Below, piece after piece: positions 31,976 to 42,084 of a stretch of DNA of 57,080 nt (position 1 is its first letter; every line of letters starts with the position of its first letter). Source of the stretch: Crenothrix polyspora (GTDB lineage Bacteria > Pseudomonadota > Gammaproteobacteria > Methylococcales > Methylomonadaceae); assembly GCA_945902915.1 (NCBI GenBank), contig CAMDNJ010000001.1:1-57080 (forward strand), given 5' to 3'. The notes under the pieces were generated by a model, which saw nothing but the letters and a program-made list of their open reading frames with translations, made no database searches and had not been told where the DNA came from. The position numbers were made by a program, and so were the translations under genes.

Positions 31976-32740
31976 ATGCTGGATATAATACAAATTCCCG
32001 TGTTAAACGATAACTACATCTATATGCTGCATGATAGCGTTAGCCTAGAAACCGCAGTGATTGATCCGGCATTGGAACAACCCGTATTGGCTGTATTGGC
32101 TGAGAAGGACTGGCAACTGAATTTTATTTTAAATACGCATCATCATTGGGATCATGTCGGTGCTAATTTAGCCTTAAAGCAAAAAACTGGCTGTCAGATT
32201 GTCGCCGCAGCATCAGATCGAGAGCGTATTCCGGGTATTGATGTCGGTGTTGAGCAGGGCGATGTGTTTTCTTTAGGTGAACATCAGGCTCAGGTTATAC
32301 AGACACCAGGTCATACCAGTGGTCATGTGGTTTATTATTTTGCGGGGGATCAAGCTTTGTTTTGTGGTGATACCTTGTTTGTTATGGGCTGTGGTCGCTT
32401 ATTCGAAGGTACACCGGGGCAAATGTATGCGTCCTTACAGACTTTGAAAGCATTACCGCCGTCAACACGCGTGTACTGCACCCATGAATATACTTTGGCT
32501 AATGCTGAGTTTGCCTTAAGCATAGAGCCAGATAATAGTGATTTACAACAAAAGTTCTTAGCTGTGGCAGAACTTAGAGCCACTAATAAACCGACAGTCC
32601 CCTCTACGATTGCTGAAGAAATAGCCACTAATCCCTTCTTTAGAGTGGATAGTATCAATATACAAAAAGAGCTGGGCTTAGAAGGTGCTGCAGCTGATGT
32701 TGTGTTTGCAGCTTTAAGGCAGCGTAAAGATGATTTTTGA
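31976..32740 (+). CDS. gloB: Hydroxyacylglutathione hydrolase (glyoxalase II)
   Basis: DNYIY, THHHWDHVG, TPGHT, GDTLF..GCGRLFEG, HEYT, NPFFR. Confidence 0.96.
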   Translation: MLDIIQIPVLNDNYIYMLHDSVSLETAVIDPALEQPVLAVLAEKDWQLNFILNTHHHWDHVGANLALKQKTGCQIVAAASDRERIPGIDVGVEQGDVFSLGEHQAQVIQTPGHTSGHVVYYFAGDQALFCGDTLFVMGCGRLFEGTPGQMYASLQTLKALPPSTRVYCTHEYTLANAEFALSIEPDNSDLQQKFLAVAELRATNKPTVPSTIAEEIATNPFFRVDSINIQKELGLEGAAADVVFAALRQRKDDF

Positions 32741-32765
32741 TGATTCCCACGTAGAACGTACTAAG

Positions 32766-32823
32766 TTGGAGTAAAACAGCTTTAGCTGTTTTACAAAGCA
32801 ATAGCTAAAGCTCAGCACTCCAA
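32766..32823. repeat. Family D double-hairpin repeat (TGGAGT...ACTCCA), copy 1
   Basis: gtaaaacagct-tt-agctgttttac plus a second hairpin; other copies at 32957-33026 and 40887-40955. Confidence 0.85.
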
Positions 32824-32826
32824 GCT

Positions 32827-32892
32827 TGTAGGCCGGATAAGCAAAGCGCATCCGGCAGCAACGCTGGATGCGCTTTGCTTATCCGCCCTACA
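32827..32892. repeat. Enterobacterial-like REP doublet
   Basis: tgtaggccggataagcaaagcgcatccggc ... gctggatgcgctttgcttatccgccctaca, an inverted pair. Confidence 0.88.
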
Positions 32893-32956
32893 TAACTTAA
32901 GGCGCCGTAAAGATGATTATTGACGGGGTTATGATTCCCTCGTAGAACGTGTTTCC

Positions 32957-33026
32957 ATTAAATTAAGATGGAGTAAAACAGCTTCAGCTGTTTTACAAAG
33001 CAATAGCTGAAGCTATTGCACTCCAA
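32957..33026. repeat. Family D repeat, copy 2
   Basis: tggagtaaaacagcttcagctgttttacaaagcaatagctgaagctattgcactcca. Confidence 0.85.
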
Positions 33027-33066
33027 GTTTTATACTGCTTAGCTTAATGGTAATCATAATCAACCT

Positions 33067-34566
33067 TTACGCTTTAGGGCGCATATGTGGAAATAACAAC
33101 ACATCACGAATAGAGGGCGCATCGGTAAATAACATCACCAAGCGATCTATGCCTATGCCTTCGCCCGCAGTTGGTGGCATGCCGTGTTCTAAGGCGATAA
33201 TATAATCAGCATCAAAATGCATGGCTTCATCATCGCCGGCTTCTTTTTCTTCAACTTGTTTTTGAAAACGTGCTGCTTGATCTTCAGCGTCATTTAACTC
33301 GGTAAAGCCGTTGGCGATTTCTCTACCACCCACAAAAAACTCAAAGCGATCGGTGACATGAGGGTTGTCATCATTACGTCTTGCTAATGGAGACACTTCA
33401 ACAGGATAGGCAGTAATGAAGGTTGGATTCATCAAACGGCTTTCTACGGTTTTCTCAAAAATCTCAATTTGTATCTTACCCAAGCCATAACCGTCTTTAA
33501 CTGGAATCTTTAAGTTTTGGGCAACGCTAAGAGCGGCCTCACGACTATCAAGATCAACGGCTGTTAAGTCAGGATTAAAGTGCAGGATAGACTCAACCAC
33601 CGTCATGCGATCAAAGGGTTTGCCAAAATCATAGGTTTCACCTTGATAAGTGACTTCTGTTTTACCCATCACTTCTAAGGCAATACCTCGCAACATAGCT
33701 TCGGTTAAATCCATTAAGTCATGATATTCAGCATAGGCTTGATAAAACTCCAGCATGGTGAATTCTGGATTATGGCGCGTTGATAAGCCTTCGTTACGAA
33801 AGTTACGGTTGATTTCAAAGACGCGTTCAAAGCCACCGACGACTAAGCGTTTTAAATACAGTTCAGGTGCTATACGCAAAAACATGTCCATATCAAGGGC
33901 ATTATGATGCGTGGTAAAAGGACGCGCGGTCGCTCCACCAGGGATGACTTGCATCATAGGGGTTTCAACTTCTAGGAACTGACGTTCAAGCAGAAATTGG
34001 CGGATATAAGCGACTATTTTAGAGCGAATTAAGAAAGTATCACGCGATTGCTCGCTCATGATTAAATCTAAATAACGCTGACGGTATTTGATCTCTTGAT
34101 CGGCAAGGCCATGAAACTTTTCAGGTAAGGGTCTTAAGGCTTTAGTTAATAGCCTGATATCATCGACCTTAACACTCAATTCACCGGTTTGGGTAACAAA
34201 GAGCACACCTTCCGCTCCGACAATGTCACCAATATCCCACTTTTTAAACTGTTCGTTATAAAAGCCTTCGGGTAGGGTATCTCTAGTGACATAAAGCTGA
34301 ATCTTACCGGACATATCTTGGATATGAGCAAAACTGGCTTTACCCATTACTCGGCGAGTCATGATTCTGCCTGCCAGTTTGACGCGCACCGGTTCGGCTT
34401 CTAGGTCTTCTTTAGTTATGTCGCCATATTTAGCAAACAATTCCCCTGCAACCACATTACGACGAAAGTCGGTAGGAAAGGCGATGCCGCCGTTTTCACG
34501 TAGTTCATTTAATTTGCTACGGCGTTGTTTAATTTGTTCTTGTTCGTCTTGTTGGTTGTCTGACAT
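33067..34566 (-). CDS. lysS: Lysyl-tRNA synthetase (class II)
   Basis: [32 protein letters not shown]. Confidence 0.98.
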   Translation of the reverse strand: MSDNQQDEQEQIKQRRSKLNELRENGGIAFPTDFRRNVVAGELFAKYGDITKEDLEAEPVRVKLAGRIMTRRVMGKASFAHIQDMSGKIQLYVTRDTLPEGFYNEQFKKWDIGDIVGAEGVLFVTQTGELSVKVDDIRLLTKALRPLPEKFHGLADQEIKYRQRYLDLIMSEQSRDTFLIRSKIVAYIRQFLLERQFLEVETPMMQVIPGGATARPFTTHHNALDMDMFLRIAPELYLKRLVVGGFERVFEINRNFRNEGLSTRHNPEFTMLEFYQAYAEYHDLMDLTEAMLRGIALEVMGKTEVTYQGETYDFGKPFDRMTVVESILHFNPDLTAVDLDSREAALSVAQNLKIPVKDGYGLGKIQIEIFEKTVESRLMNPTFITAYPVEVSPLARRNDDNPHVTDRFEFFVGGREIANGFTELNDAEDQAARFQKQVEEKEAGDDEAMHFDADYIIALEHGMPPTAGEGIGIDRLVMLFTDAPSIRDVLLFPHMRPKA

Positions 34567-34619
34567 GGGATTTAGTAATTAAATAATTAAGTAAAATAAC
34601 GGTGGTTGATTCAGACTGC

Positions 34620-35718
34620 TTAGAGTCCGCTTTTTAGACTAGCTTCAATAAACTGATCTAAATCGCCATCAAGCACGGCTTGAGTATTGCCGGTTTCCAC
34701 GCCAGTGCGTAAATCCTTGATACGCGATTGATCTAGCACATAAGAACGGATTTGGCTGCCCCAGCCTATGTCGGATTTGGTATCTTCTAAGGCTTGAGCT
34801 GATTCACTACGCTTACGCATTTCCAGTTCATACAGCTTGGCTTTTAATTGCTTCATAGCGGTCGCACGATTTTTATGTTGCGAGCGATCACTTTGACATT
34901 GTACGACGATACCCGTTGGGTTATGAGTCATACGCACAGCAGATTCAGTTTTATTGACATGCTGGCCACCCGCACCACTGGCACGATAAACATCCACGCG
35001 TATATCGGCCGGGTTGATGTCGATATCTACGTCGTCATCAATTTCTGGTGAAACAAACACGGAGGCAAAGGAGGTATGCCTACGATTGCCAGAGTCGAAG
35101 GGGGATTTTCTGACTAGCCTATGTACACCCGTTTCAGTACGTAACCAACCAAAGGCGTATTCACCTTCAAAGCGAATAGTGGCACTTTTAATGCCAGCGA
35201 CATCACCTTGTGATTCTTCAATAAGTTCGGTTTTAAAGCCTTTGCGTTCACCCCAACGCAAAAACATACGTTCGATGATGGAAGCCCAATCTTGCGCTTC
35301 TGTACCACCTGAGCCAGATTGTATATCCAAGAAGGCGTTGTTAGGATCCATTTCACCAGAAAACATACGTCGAAATTCAAGATCAGCGACTCTTTTTTCA
35401 AAATGCGCTAAATCATCGATTACGGTTTCTACGGTTTCTTCGTCATCTTCTTCTATGGCCATTGCTAGTAGTTCTTCGGCATCTGCCAAGCCACGCTCTA
35501 GGTCATTAATGGTGTTAACAATGACTTCCAATTGTCCGCGTTCTTTACCTAAGGTTTGTGCGAGTTCCGGATTATCCCAAATCTTAGGGTTTTCTAGTTC
35601 TCGTAAAACTTCGACTAAGCGTTCATTCTTAACATCAAAGTCAAAGATACCCCCTAAGGGAGTCACCACGAGTTTTTAAGTCGGCTATTTTATTTCTAAT
35701 CGGATTTATTTCTTGCAT
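34620..35718 (-). CDS. prfB: Peptide chain release factor 2 (programmed +1 frameshift)
   Basis: ATG 35718 MQEINP...LRGYL, then CTT TGA C; SPF and GGQ motifs downstream. Confidence 0.97.
35640..35655 (-). promoter_or_regulatory. prfB frameshift cassette
   Basis: Minus strand AGGGGG-TAT-CTT-TGA-C; CTT is codon 25. Confidence 0.95.
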
Positions 35719-36030
35719 GGTGTTGCATTTTACCTATGACAGTCGATAGCCAATGCCAGTAAGCATAGCTCGATGAAAACTTTAAAAAGGCTTGATTATA
35801 AACTATAAGCGGCTTGCATTCATGTAGAACTTGGCTCGATGTTATATTTAGCTTGAGTATAGTGTGGTGTTTGCTGTTAATCAACTTAGGGGTAAATGCC
35901 TACGGTAGTTCTTAACTAAATAGAGTATCGACAAAATTGGATTGCTGTTTTGTTTATAAGCTAAAATGCGCATCTAACAATATATTAAATGATTTGATAG
36001 TCATTGGTTTTTAACATATAGGCGTATTTG

Positions 36031-36777
36031 ATGAAGATCATAGCTTTATACAGTATCAAGGGCGGTGTCGGTAAAACTTCAAGCGCGGTTAATTTGGCCT
36101 ATATTTCTGCCAGCAAAGGCTATCGCACCTTGGTTTGGGATTTGGATCCTCAAGGCGCTAGCAGTTATTATTTTAGAATTAAACCTAAAATTAAAGGTGG
36201 CAGTAAAGACCTTATAGCAGGAAAGCGAGATCTGGAAGGCTTGATAAAGGGGACTGATTTTGCAAATTTAGATTTGTTGCCTGCGGATTTCTCATTCAGG
36301 AATTTAGATTTAGTTTTGGATGCCAAGAAGAAGCCTACCGCACAAATCAGAAAATTACTTAAACCCTTGGCTGATGACTACGATTTTATTTTCCTAGATT
36401 GTCCTCCGAATATTTCTCTACTGTCAGAGGCAGTATTTGCTGCGGCTGATATTTTATTGACGCCTATTATTCCGACGACCTTGTCTTTACGAACGCTAGA
36501 GCAGCTGAAAGCTTTTATAGCAGATAATAATATAGATAATCTTGCTTTGATTCCTTTTTTCTCCATGGCCGACCGGCGAAAAAAGCTGCATAAAGATATT
36601 ATGGAGAACTTAATTAAGAACCATCCTGAGATATTAACAACAGCGATTCCTTATGCCTCTGATATAGAACGCATGGGGCTGGAACGTCAACCTTTAGGCG
36701 GTTTTATGAATAAAGGCAAATCTATGGATGCTTATCATGAGTTGTGGCAGGAAGTCATGATGCGTGTTGACCCATAA
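36031..36777 (+). CDS. ParA/MinD/Soj-family ATPase
   Basis: KGGVGKT deviant Walker A, DLDPQG, LDCPP. Confidence 0.92.
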   Translation: MKIIALYSIKGGVGKTSSAVNLAYISASKGYRTLVWDLDPQGASSYYFRIKPKIKGGSKDLIAGKRDLEGLIKGTDFANLDLLPADFSFRNLDLVLDAKKKPTAQIRKLLKPLADDYDFIFLDCPPNISLLSEAVFAAADILLTPIIPTTLSLRTLEQLKAFIADNNIDNLALIPFFSMADRRKKLHKDIMENLIKNHPEILTTAIPYASDIERMGLERQPLGGFMNKGKSMDAYHELWQEVMMRVDP

Positions 36778-36811
36778 TAATGCTTGAGTTGGTCCTTGGG
36801 GAGCTGAAAAA

Positions 36812-37258
36812 ATGATCACTATTATTCAGCGGGTCACTATGGCAAAGGTGACGGTTAATGATCAGGACATCGCAAAAATTGATGTTGGTATTATGGCTCT
36901 GCTTGCTATAGAAAAAGACGATACACCTAAAGAGACTGAACGCTTGCTGGAGCGGATTTTAAATTTTAGGATTTTTGCAGATGAGCAAGAGCGCATGAAT
37001 CTAAGTTTGAAGGATATTAAGGGTGGATTATTGATCGTGCCACAATTTACTTTAGCAGCCGATACCCAAAAAGGTAATCGTCCTAGCTTTATTTCAGGTG
37101 CAGCTCCAGAACAAGCCCAGCAATTATTTAGTTATCTGCAACAATTTGCTTTAGGGGTTTATCCAGCGGCGCAGTTCGGACAGTTTGGTGCTGATATGCA
37201 AGTCTCGTTAATTAATAATGGTCCTGTTACCTTTACTTTACGAACCTCTAAATCGTAG
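36812..37258 (+). CDS. dtd: D-aminoacyl-tRNA deacylase
   Basis: IQRV, RIFAD, PQFTL, KGNRPSF, FGADM, NNGPVT. Confidence 0.95.
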   Translation: MITIIQRVTMAKVTVNDQDIAKIDVGIMALLAIEKDDTPKETERLLERILNFRIFADEQERMNLSLKDIKGGLLIVPQFTLAADTQKGNRPSFISGAAPEQAQQLFSYLQQFALGVYPAAQFGQFGADMQVSLINNGPVTFTLRTSKS

Positions 37259-37261
37259 TGA

Positions 37262-37590
37262 TTATTTACTGAAGTTACGCAGTATCGTTACTTTATTCTC
37301 GTTTGCCGCGCTGAGCACCGCAGGTTTTTTTGGGATAAGCCCGAAGGGGCGCGGCATGGATGCCGCGCGTCGGTAGGAGGGCAGGACGCCCTCTCTACCG
37401 ACCCCCGACAAAACCGAGGAGCGCAGGAAGCAGCGGCAACCGAGCCGCCTTTTCTTTGGATACTTTTTTTTGGCGGAGCAAAAGAAAGTATCTCGCCTTC
37501 GGGTGCGATAACCCGATTAAAACAACTGTCGCGATAGTGACCTCATTATTTGTTTTTAACAGCTGAATGGTTGCGCAACATTAATTTTAA
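37262..37590 (-). mobile_element. ~320-bp MITE-like element, copy 2 (full length)
   Basis: Ends tactgaagttacgcag / ttgcgcaacattaatt (degenerate TIRs); internal hairpins shared with copy 1. Confidence 0.82.
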
Positions 37591-37609
37591 ACTAAAGTAG
37601 AACCCCGTT

Positions 37610-38071
37610 ATGGAGATAGATCCGAGTATTGATGAAGCCTGGATGCGTTATGCTTTTAGATTGGCTCAACGAGCCGAAGAACAGGGTGAGGTACCTGTGG
37701 GTGCCATCATTGTAAAAGATGAACGTTGTATTGCTGAGGGTTGGAATGAGGTCATTGATCGACATGATCCAACGGCTCATGCTGAAATAGTAGCCTTAAG
37801 AACGGCCGGTTTGGCTTTGGAAAACTACCGTTTAGGTGCGGTTACGCTTTATGTAACCTTAGAGCCTTGTGTTATGTGTATGGGAGCCATGAGCAACGCG
37901 CGTATTAATCGGCTGGTATTTGGCGCTTATGATGCCAAACGAGGCGCTGTTTGTAATGCCTTGAGCCTTAGCGACGCCAGTTTTTTAAATCATCATATTA
38001 ACTGGGTCGGTGGGGTTTTAGAGCATGACTGCTCTGGCTTGTTACGTGACTTTTTTAAAGCTAGGCGTTGA
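37610..38071 (+). CDS. tadA: tRNA adenosine(34) deaminase
   Basis: GEVPVGA, DPTAHAE, TLEPCVMC, FFKARR. Confidence 0.95.
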   Translation: MEIDPSIDEAWMRYAFRLAQRAEEQGEVPVGAIIVKDERCIAEGWNEVIDRHDPTAHAEIVALRTAGLALENYRLGAVTLYVTLEPCVMCMGAMSNARINRLVFGAYDAKRGAVCNALSLSDASFLNHHINWVGGVLEHDCSGLLRDFFKARR

Positions 38072-39709
38072 TTAATCTTCACGTAAGTCTTTATAGCGAT
38101 TAATTAAAGCATTGGTAGAGCAATCATGAGTGGTAATGAGCTCATCATTTTTAAGTTCTGGTAAAATAACACCAGCTAGTACTTTACCTAATTCCACGCC
38201 CATTTGATCAAAGGAATTAATGTTCCAAATGATACCTTGCACAAAAATTTTATGTTCGTAAAAGGCGAGTAAGGAACCTAGGTTTTTAGGCGTCATTTTA
38301 TTAAAAAGAAAAGAGTTTGATGGTTTGTTACCGTCAAATACTTTTGAGGCCACTAACAAACTATCAGTTTGTTGCTCTGGGCTTAGTTTCTTTTTAACTT
38401 CTTCTTCAGTGAGACCATTCATTAACGCTTCAGGTTGAGCCAGGAAGTTTGAAATTAAAATATCATGATGCTCAGGAAGTTTGTAGTGACTGTTGGCCGC
38501 CGCTAAAAAATCACAAGGTATTAATTTAGTGCCTTGGTGTATCAGTTGAAAAAACGCATGTTGACCATTAGTGCCGGGCTGTCCCCAAATGATAGGGCCG
38601 GTGTGATAGTCGACTTTTTCGCCTTGTAGATTAATGCTTTTGCCATTACTTTCCATGTCGCCTTGTTGAAAGTAGTCGGCAAAATAACGCATAGATTGAT
38701 CATAAGGCAATAAAGCATGAGATTCTGCATTAAAGAAGTTGTTATACCAAACGCCCAGTAAGGCCATGATGACAGGTATGTTGTCTTCAAAAGGCGCGTT
38801 AAAGAAGTGGCAGTCGGCTTCGTAAGCACCTAGTAAGAGTTCTTCAAAGTTATCCATGCCTATATATAAAGCAATGGATAAGCCTACGGCTGACCATAGA
38901 GAATAACGACCACCTACCCAATTCCAAAACTCAAACATGTTGTTGGTATCAATACCAAATTCGGCCACATTTTTCGCATGAGTTGAAATGGCGACAAAGT
39001 GTTTGGCAACAGCTTGTGAGTCTTGTGCTTCAGCTAGAAACCAGGTTTTGGCTGATTTTGCATTCATCATGGTTTCTTGAGTATTAAATACTTTGGAGGC
39101 AATGATAAAAAGAGTGGTTTCTGGCGAAAGACATTTTAAAACTTCAACAATATTGATTTGATCAATATTAGAGACATAATGAACTTTTAAAGACGCGGAG
39201 CTATAAGGTGATAAGCCCATCGAAACCATTTTTGGGCCTAAGCCTGAGCCGCCTATGCCAATATTGACCACGTCAGTGATGGCTTTTCCGGTATAACCTT
39301 TCCATTCACCCGAGCGTACGGAGGCACAAAAACTACGCATTTTTGTGAGTACCCGATTGATATCAGGCATCACGTCTTGCCCATCAACATAAATAGGTTT
39401 ATTAGATCGATTACGTAGAGCAGTATGAAGAACGGCTCTATGTTCGGTGGTGTTGATTTTTTCACCGGAAAATAGTGCTTTAATTTTTTTATCTAGTTCT
39501 GCTTGCTTAGCAAGATCAATTAATAATGTCTTGGTTTGCTCTGTTATTCTGTTTTTGGAATAATCAAAAAGAATTTCATTAAATTGGATAGAAAACTTGT
39601 CGAACCGATTGATGTCTTTTTTGAAAGCATCACGCAGACTATCATTTTTGGTTAGTTCATAATGATTTTGCAAGGTAATCCACGCTTTTGAGGTTGTCAA
39701 CGACGACAT
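38072..39709 (-). CDS. pgi: Glucose-6-phosphate isomerase
   Basis: [47 protein letters not shown]; start ATG 39709. Confidence 0.97.
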   Translation of the reverse strand: MSSLTTSKAWITLQNHYELTKNDSLRDAFKKDINRFDKFSIQFNEILFDYSKNRITEQTKTLLIDLAKQAELDKKIKALFSGEKINTTEHRAVLHTALRNRSNKPIYVDGQDVMPDINRVLTKMRSFCASVRSGEWKGYTGKAITDVVNIGIGGSGLGPKMVSMGLSPYSSASLKVHYVSNIDQINIVEVLKCLSPETTLFIIASKVFNTQETMMNAKSAKTWFLAEAQDSQAVAKHFVAISTHAKNVAEFGIDTNNMFEFWNWVGGRYSLWSAVGLSIALYIGMDNFEELLLGAYEADCHFFNAPFEDNIPVIMALLGVWYNNFFNAESHALLPYDQSMRYFADYFQQGDMESNGKSINLQGEKVDYHTGPIIWGQPGTNGQHAFFQLIHQGTKLIPCDFLAAANSHYKLPEHHDILISNFLAQPEALMNGLTEEEVKKKLSPEQQTDSLLVASKVFDGNKPSNSFLFNKMTPKNLGSLLAFYEHKIFVQGIIWNINSFDQMGVELGKVLAGVILPELKNDELITTHDCSTNALINRYKDLRED

Positions 39710-40164
39710 GTTTAAGGCTCCGTTTAAATTAATTAGCTTAAGTCTACGAAAAGCAAGAGCGGATAGCAATAGCACAATAATTGTATTGCTATTTACTGAT
39801 ATTAAGGTAAACCTTATTTATAAGGTAACCTTAGCTTAAAGTACTCATTTACAATGAAGGCCTAAGTTACTTTATATTAGGGTAGTTTTTATGTGGATTG
39901 ATAGCTTGATGAAATAATGCTTGCCTCAAGCAGTCTATAAATAAAGTTCTTTTGTGCCAGCCATAGTATCAATGATCCATAGTAATGTTGATAGAGGCGT
40001 AGATTTCTATCAATTTCTTTATTTAGCCCAAGGGGTGTGCTAGAGTCTGCATTGCTATAGCTCTGATCCATAGCTGTGCACATTATTTTTGACTAAAGCA
40101 AGCATAATGGTGCATAAAAACGTTAATATATAATAATAAGTATTTATTGAAACAGGAAGGTATT

Positions 40165-40779
40165 ATGAACACAGCGCAGTTATTTAAGAAGGTTTACCTT
40201 GTACTTTTGGGGGTGTTGTTCTCGGCATCAGTATGGGCGCATGGAGGTGCAGCAGGTACCGATACGGATCAATGTAAATTTGAATTACAACCTACACATT
40301 GGATTCATTACACAGCTTATCAACCTAAGGCGTTTCCAGCCGAAGAGTTTTGCGGTAACTTACCAGGTATAGATACTTTAACTCAGTTAGTTTTCGACTA
40401 TCAGGACATGAAATATAGAAACATGTTGGTTGAGTTTGAAGTCACTAAAGAGCCAGAAGGTACGCGTGTATTTTTCTTGCCTAGTGCTAAGCATAAAAAA
40501 GGCTCTATTAACTTAGAATTGCCAAATGGTGTGCCTGAGGCAGGTCAATATTTGATCCATATTACTTTGGTGCCAGATCCAACTGATACTGAAAATCGCA
40601 CCCAAGGTGAAAGATTAGATGTACATATGGGCTTTAAAGCCGGTGGTGGACAGCAAGTTAGCAGAAACAGTATGCTACTTTATGCGTTTTTTGCTTTTGC
40701 TGGTTTATATGTGTTGTATCTATCAAATGCTGGTTTTAAACGTAAAGTCGATGAAATCATTGGAAAAGTTAAAGATTGA
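40165..40779 (+). CDS. PmoD/AmoD-like periplasmic copper protein with C-terminal TM
   Basis: Signal peptide ending VWA|HGG, D.C...H(Y/F)TAYQP...EEFC..LP...LVFDY, C-terminal TM; ATG after AGGAAGG. Confidence 0.72.
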   Translation: MNTAQLFKKVYLVLLGVLFSASVWAHGGAAGTDTDQCKFELQPTHWIHYTAYQPKAFPAEEFCGNLPGIDTLTQLVFDYQDMKYRNMLVEFEVTKEPEGTRVFFLPSAKHKKGSINLELPNGVPEAGQYLIHITLVPDPTDTENRTQGERLDVHMGFKAGGGQQVSRNSMLLYAFFAFAGLYVLYLSNAGFKRKVDEIIGKVKD

Positions 40780-40836
40780 TTAAATCGCCGTAGTCATATT
40801 TGCATAATTAACCTTGATAGGCCAGTTGTGCACTTT

Positions 40837-41035
40837 GTAGTTATTCAGCCCCTTTTTTTCAAAGTGGGGCTGAATCATTACAAAAATGGAGTGCAATAGC
40901 TTCAGCTATTGCCTTTTAAAACAGCTGAAGCTGTTTTACTCCAACTTAACTTAATGTGAGTGCTTTGTAGAGGGGGTATTGTGTAACAAACTCCCCTAAT
41001 CCCTCTTTTCTAAAGAGGGGGGACTGAATAATTAC
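40837..41035. mobile_element. Nested non-autonomous element with 12-bp TIRs and 8-bp TSD
   Basis: TGCACTTT|GTAGTTATTCAG ... CTGAATAATTAC|TGCACTTT; contains an inverted family D copy at 40887-40955. Confidence 0.8.
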
Positions 41036-41117
41036 TGCACTTTTCATCGTATTTAGGTACAACTGGCCCTGTCTTGACTAGGGCCGATTTTGTTAAGAAT
41101 TAAAGAGGAAATATAAA

Positions 41118-42026
41118 ATGGTAAAGTTATTGTCGGTTGGTGTGCTGTTGATGCTTTTTTCTGTGCCTGTGTTGGCTCAAGATTATGAAGATCATGACGG
41201 TATGCTTATGAATCACGGCGATGGCCATCTGATGGACATGGCGGGCGGTATGGTAATGGGGCAAAATGCCGATACTTTACCAGGCGGCTGTGATCGCATC
41301 TCAGAAACCAAAGAAATTACCGTACATGCAGGACACAAATATGCCGAGAAGTTTCCCGGCAGAATGTTCGCATTTGATACTCAGGAATTTAACTTCAAAC
41401 CTTGTACTAAGCTAACGGTGCATTTTGTTAATGAAGATAATATACGTCATCAGTGGATGATGCATGGATTACCCAAATATTTATACCCTAAAGGTATGTT
41501 TCACTTAGAGGCTTCAGGTCCTTCAAAAATATCAGGAACCTTGATATTACCGCCGGGTGATAAAACCTATTTAGTGCATTGCGATATTGCTCAGCACATG
41601 GAAAAAGGCATGAAAGCCCAACTCAAAGTGGGTAAAGGCGATGGTGATTTACCCAGTATTCCCGGTGTAACTGCGTATATTGTCGCAGATGATTACAAAG
41701 CTACCTTGCCTGAGTTAGCCATTAAAGCTGAGGCCGAAGCAGCGACTGCAGCTAAAGCCGTTGCAATAGCGCCGCCAGTAAAACCCGTTGTGAAAGCACC
41801 CGCGCCAGATGATTCAAGTATTACCGGCGTAACTGTCATCGGCTTAGCCATAGGGCTACTGATGGCGCCTTTTTTAGCACGTAAATTTAAAGGTATGAGT
41901 GCTGCAGAAGTAGTTACTTATGTTTTTGATTTACTAAGAACCAGTTTTGATTCATTAGTAAAGTGGTTAGCTAGCTTAATGACGATCATTATTGCCAATA
42001 AGCATAAGTTTTTGCTTAAAAAATAA
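41118..42026 (+). CDS. Cupredoxin-domain (type-1 copper) protein, membrane anchored
   Basis: Signal peptide, His/Met-rich N-terminus, HQWMMHG and HCDIAQHMEKGM (Cx4Hx4M), Ala/Pro linker, hydrophobic C-terminus. Confidence 0.85.
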   Translation: MVKLLSVGVLLMLFSVPVLAQDYEDHDGMLMNHGDGHLMDMAGGMVMGQNADTLPGGCDRISETKEITVHAGHKYAEKFPGRMFAFDTQEFNFKPCTKLTVHFVNEDNIRHQWMMHGLPKYLYPKGMFHLEASGPSKISGTLILPPGDKTYLVHCDIAQHMEKGMKAQLKVGKGDGDLPSIPGVTAYIVADDYKATLPELAIKAEAEAATAAKAVAIAPPVKPVVKAPAPDDSSITGVTVIGLAIGLLMAPFLARKFKGMSAAEVVTYVFDLLRTSFDSLVKWLASLMTIIIANKHKFLLKK

Positions 42027-42040
42027 AGATTAATAAAGTG

Positions 42041-42075
42041 AAGCCCTGTTATCTTTGGTTACAGGGCTTTTTTTT
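42041..42075 (+). terminator. Intrinsic terminator
   Basis: aagccctgt ... acagggctt followed by a T run. Confidence 0.75.
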
Positions 42076-42084
42076 GAGAGAAAA

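Noticed and set aside
32714-33026. Possible CRISPR or integron attC array
   Set aside because: Only two units, made of REP-like hairpins; no cassette ORFs, integrase or cas genes.
35014-35679. 221-aa plus-strand ORF
   Set aside because: Antisense shadow of prfB with Ser-rich mirror composition.
35720-36030. Possible small gene or ncRNA between prfB and the ParA-like gene
   Set aside because: The 62-aa ORF overlaps the prfB start, lacks a convincing RBS, and I recognised no structure.
39945-39962. TGGCAC on the minus strand as a sigma54 promoter for pgi
   Set aside because: No GC at the -12 position (GG-N10-CT).
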